Below the pieces are notes generated by a model. It was not told the origin of the DNA and did not search any database. It was given only the letters and a program-made list of their open reading frames with translations. A stretch of DNA of 49,823 nucleotides from Octopus bimaculoides. Its lineage: Eukaryota. Location of the stretch: NCBI RefSeq assembly GCF_001194135.2, contig NC_068996.1:16095792-16145614 (forward strand). The letters are read 5' to 3'. The translations under genes and the position numbers were made by a program. Positions 47,946 through 49,823 of this stretch are shown piece by piece; within the stretch, counting starts at the first letter, position 1; each line of letters starts with the position of its first letter.

Positions 47946-48920
47946 AGGAGGGCAAAAGAGGAAGAGAAAAAGTTGTTGTTGAGAGAGAAATACAGCAAGA
48001 GAGAGAGAGAAGCATTAAGGCGACATTCAGTGTGACTTAACCTGGAACCCATTGGGAAGCAAACTTCTTACCACATGGCCTTGCTNNNNNNNNNNNNNNN
48101 NNNNNNNNNNNNNNNNNNNNNNNNNNNNNNNNNNNNNNNNNNNNNNNNNNNNNNNNNNNNNNNNNNNNNNNNNNNNNNNNNNNNNNNNNNNNNNNNNNNN
48201 NNNNNNNNNNNNNNNNNNNNNNNNNNNNNNNNNNNNNNNNNNNNNNNNNNNNNNNNNNNNNNNNNNNNNNNNNNNNNNNNNNNNNNNNNNNNNNNNNNNN
48301 NNNNNNNNNNNNNNNNNNNNNNNNNNNNNNNNNNNNNNNNNNNNNNAAAACAATAAAGAAAATTGTAAGCTTTTTCTTATGCTTGTTTCAAGCTTCTTCA
48401 ATAAAACACACAGCCTCAAACACACACACACGCACACACACACAAGGAAACCAACATTTTTATAGTTCTTAAATGCAAACCTTAACAAGTTAGGATGCTA
48501 CAAACTAGTCTGACGATTAACATTGTTCATGTAGTATGTTCCGTACTTATGTACAATTAGACTAATTACATGTAGAGGAGACAGAGATGATGGTAAAATA
48601 AAGTGAGGACTTGGAGTGAAGATTTTGTGTACCAAATTTTACAATTTTAGTGTCATACACAAGAAAGGTCAGCTCTTATAGACTGTAGGCCAAGATAACG
48701 GTTTTTATTTTTTTTTAATCTTCTTTCGGTTAATTTATTGTATGTTTGCTGTCATTAAATATTATTATTACGGCATAAATACGAACACTTAATTGTTCAG
48801 AGTTTTTTTTTTCTGAAGGTTACTTGGCATTTGTTTCATATTTTCTGGTTTTACTGGATTCCGAGGAAATGGAAATGTTAGCCTGACTTTAACACCAACA
48901 GGAAGTTTGAAGATAGCGCA

Positions 48921-48921
48921 G

Positions 48922-48966
<45 letters not shown>
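48921..48966. repeat. Poly(A) tract of about 46 nt (poly-U on the Meis transcript)
   Basis: Direct observation. Confidence 0.9.
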
Positions 48967-48971
<5 letters not shown>

Positions 48972-49094
48972 ATGTACTTTCAAATGATTCTGTTGTTTGA
49001 ATAGTCTTGTTGTTGTTCAATTCCAGGTCGCACCAGACTGAGTAGTCTTCTTCCAATCAAAGGCTTTCCAGATATGACGACCAACTTTGAAAAT

Positions 49095-49715
49095 AAGCAT
49101 CATCGTAGTCATCATCATCATCATCAACATCATCATCATCATCACCTAACATCTGTTTACCATGCTGGTATGGGTTGGATAGTTATACTGGAGCTGGTAA
49201 GACAGAGAGCTGTACCAGTCTCCGGTCATCTGTTTTAGCTTGTCTCTATGGTTGGATGCCCTTTCTAACACCAACCACGTCACAGAGTGTACTGAGCATC
49301 TTTTATGTGTCACCAGCGTGTGTGCTTCGTAGGTGTTACAGGCACAAACACCTTTTATATGTCACAAGCACAGGTACTCTTTATGTACCACTGGTATGAG
49401 TACCTTCTACATGCCACCATCATGGGTGACTTTTACATGTCACTAGTATGGGTACCTGTTACCTGTCACTGGCACACGTGCCTTTCACATGTCTATGACA
49501 CTGACCACCACTATGATTTCATTTAGCTGGATGTGTCTTCTTGCGCACAGCAAATTTCCAGAAGTCTTGGTCACTTGTCATTCCTCTGTGAGACTTGACA
49601 ACCAAATATCATGTTTCACCACCTTCTTCCACAGGTTCCCTCCAGAAAAAAGAGTCGGTACTTCTTTATGCAGCTGTCCTCATCTTGAACATGAAAACCA
49701 CCACCACTGAAACCA
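49095..49715 (-). mobile_element. Decayed RTE-clade non-LTR retrotransposon: ORF C-terminus, 3' UTR and (GAT)n tail
   Basis: Minus-strand remnants DEDSCIKKYRLFFLEGTCGR, KVVKHDIWLSSLTEE and MTSDQDFWKFAVRKKTHPAK* (stop at 49519-49521) resemble the post-RT region of RTE elements (RWxGHVxRM...GRGRPRKTW...). They are frameshifted and followed by the same 3' UTR as the other copies. Confidence 0.75.
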
Positions 49716-49823
49716 TCAGGTGAAGTCCAAAAAGTTATCTCCATTCATATTACCATCAGAGAACAAATACAAGCCAACAAGAGACAATGATAGAGAAAGA
49801 AGAAGAGAGAGACAGAGAAACAT

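Larger units (their letters stand above)
1..49823 (-). other. Meis: Window probably lies within the Meis transcription unit; introns 28849-34112 (5.3 kb) and 5863-28771 (22.9 kb), plus flanking introns that run off both ends
   Basis: The first exon found begins in phase 1 and the last ends in phase 1. No MEIS (HM) domain exon and no C-terminal exon were recognised, so the gene should extend beyond both window ends or into gaps. Confidence 0.75.

Overview
AT-rich, microsatellite-dense animal genomic DNA with 11 N-gaps (about 6 kb in total). The repeat types resemble those of coleoid cephalopods, probably octopus; this is an inference from SINE/LINE motifs, not a database match. The window lies largely or wholly inside one minus-strand gene, Meis/homothorax (TALE homeobox). 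Three coding exons (34113-34261, 28772-28848, 5804-5862) have canonical GT-AG sites and compatible phases. They splice to ...[26 protein letters not shown]|[45 protein letters not shown](G), the complete Meis homeodomain; only the last exon shows up, partly, in the ORF track (5550..5828). The other exons were not found and lie outside the window or in gaps. The introns hold several tRNA-derived SINE families (CORE-like, Nin/Deu-like, V-like), RTE-type LINE 3' ends, TTAA-flanked MITEs, a Helentron-type non-autonomous element, a decayed Tc1/mariner transposase and Penelope-like tails. Almost all listed ORFs are microsatellite or gap artefacts. The most interesting unexplained signals are: (1) a GC-rich, hairpin-dense element at 27.7-28.0 kb encoding the same peptide motif twice in different frames with mostly synonymous divergence; (2) a minimal hammerhead-ribozyme core on the Meis pre-mRNA strand at 24.6 kb; (3) a 34-bp fold-back hairpin with an ideal ADAR site at 16.3 kb; (4) inverted SINEs flanking the frame-shifting 77-nt homeobox exon; (5) an intragenic CpG-retaining domain at about 18-33 kb; (6) head-to-tail SINE arrays joined by (ATT)n.
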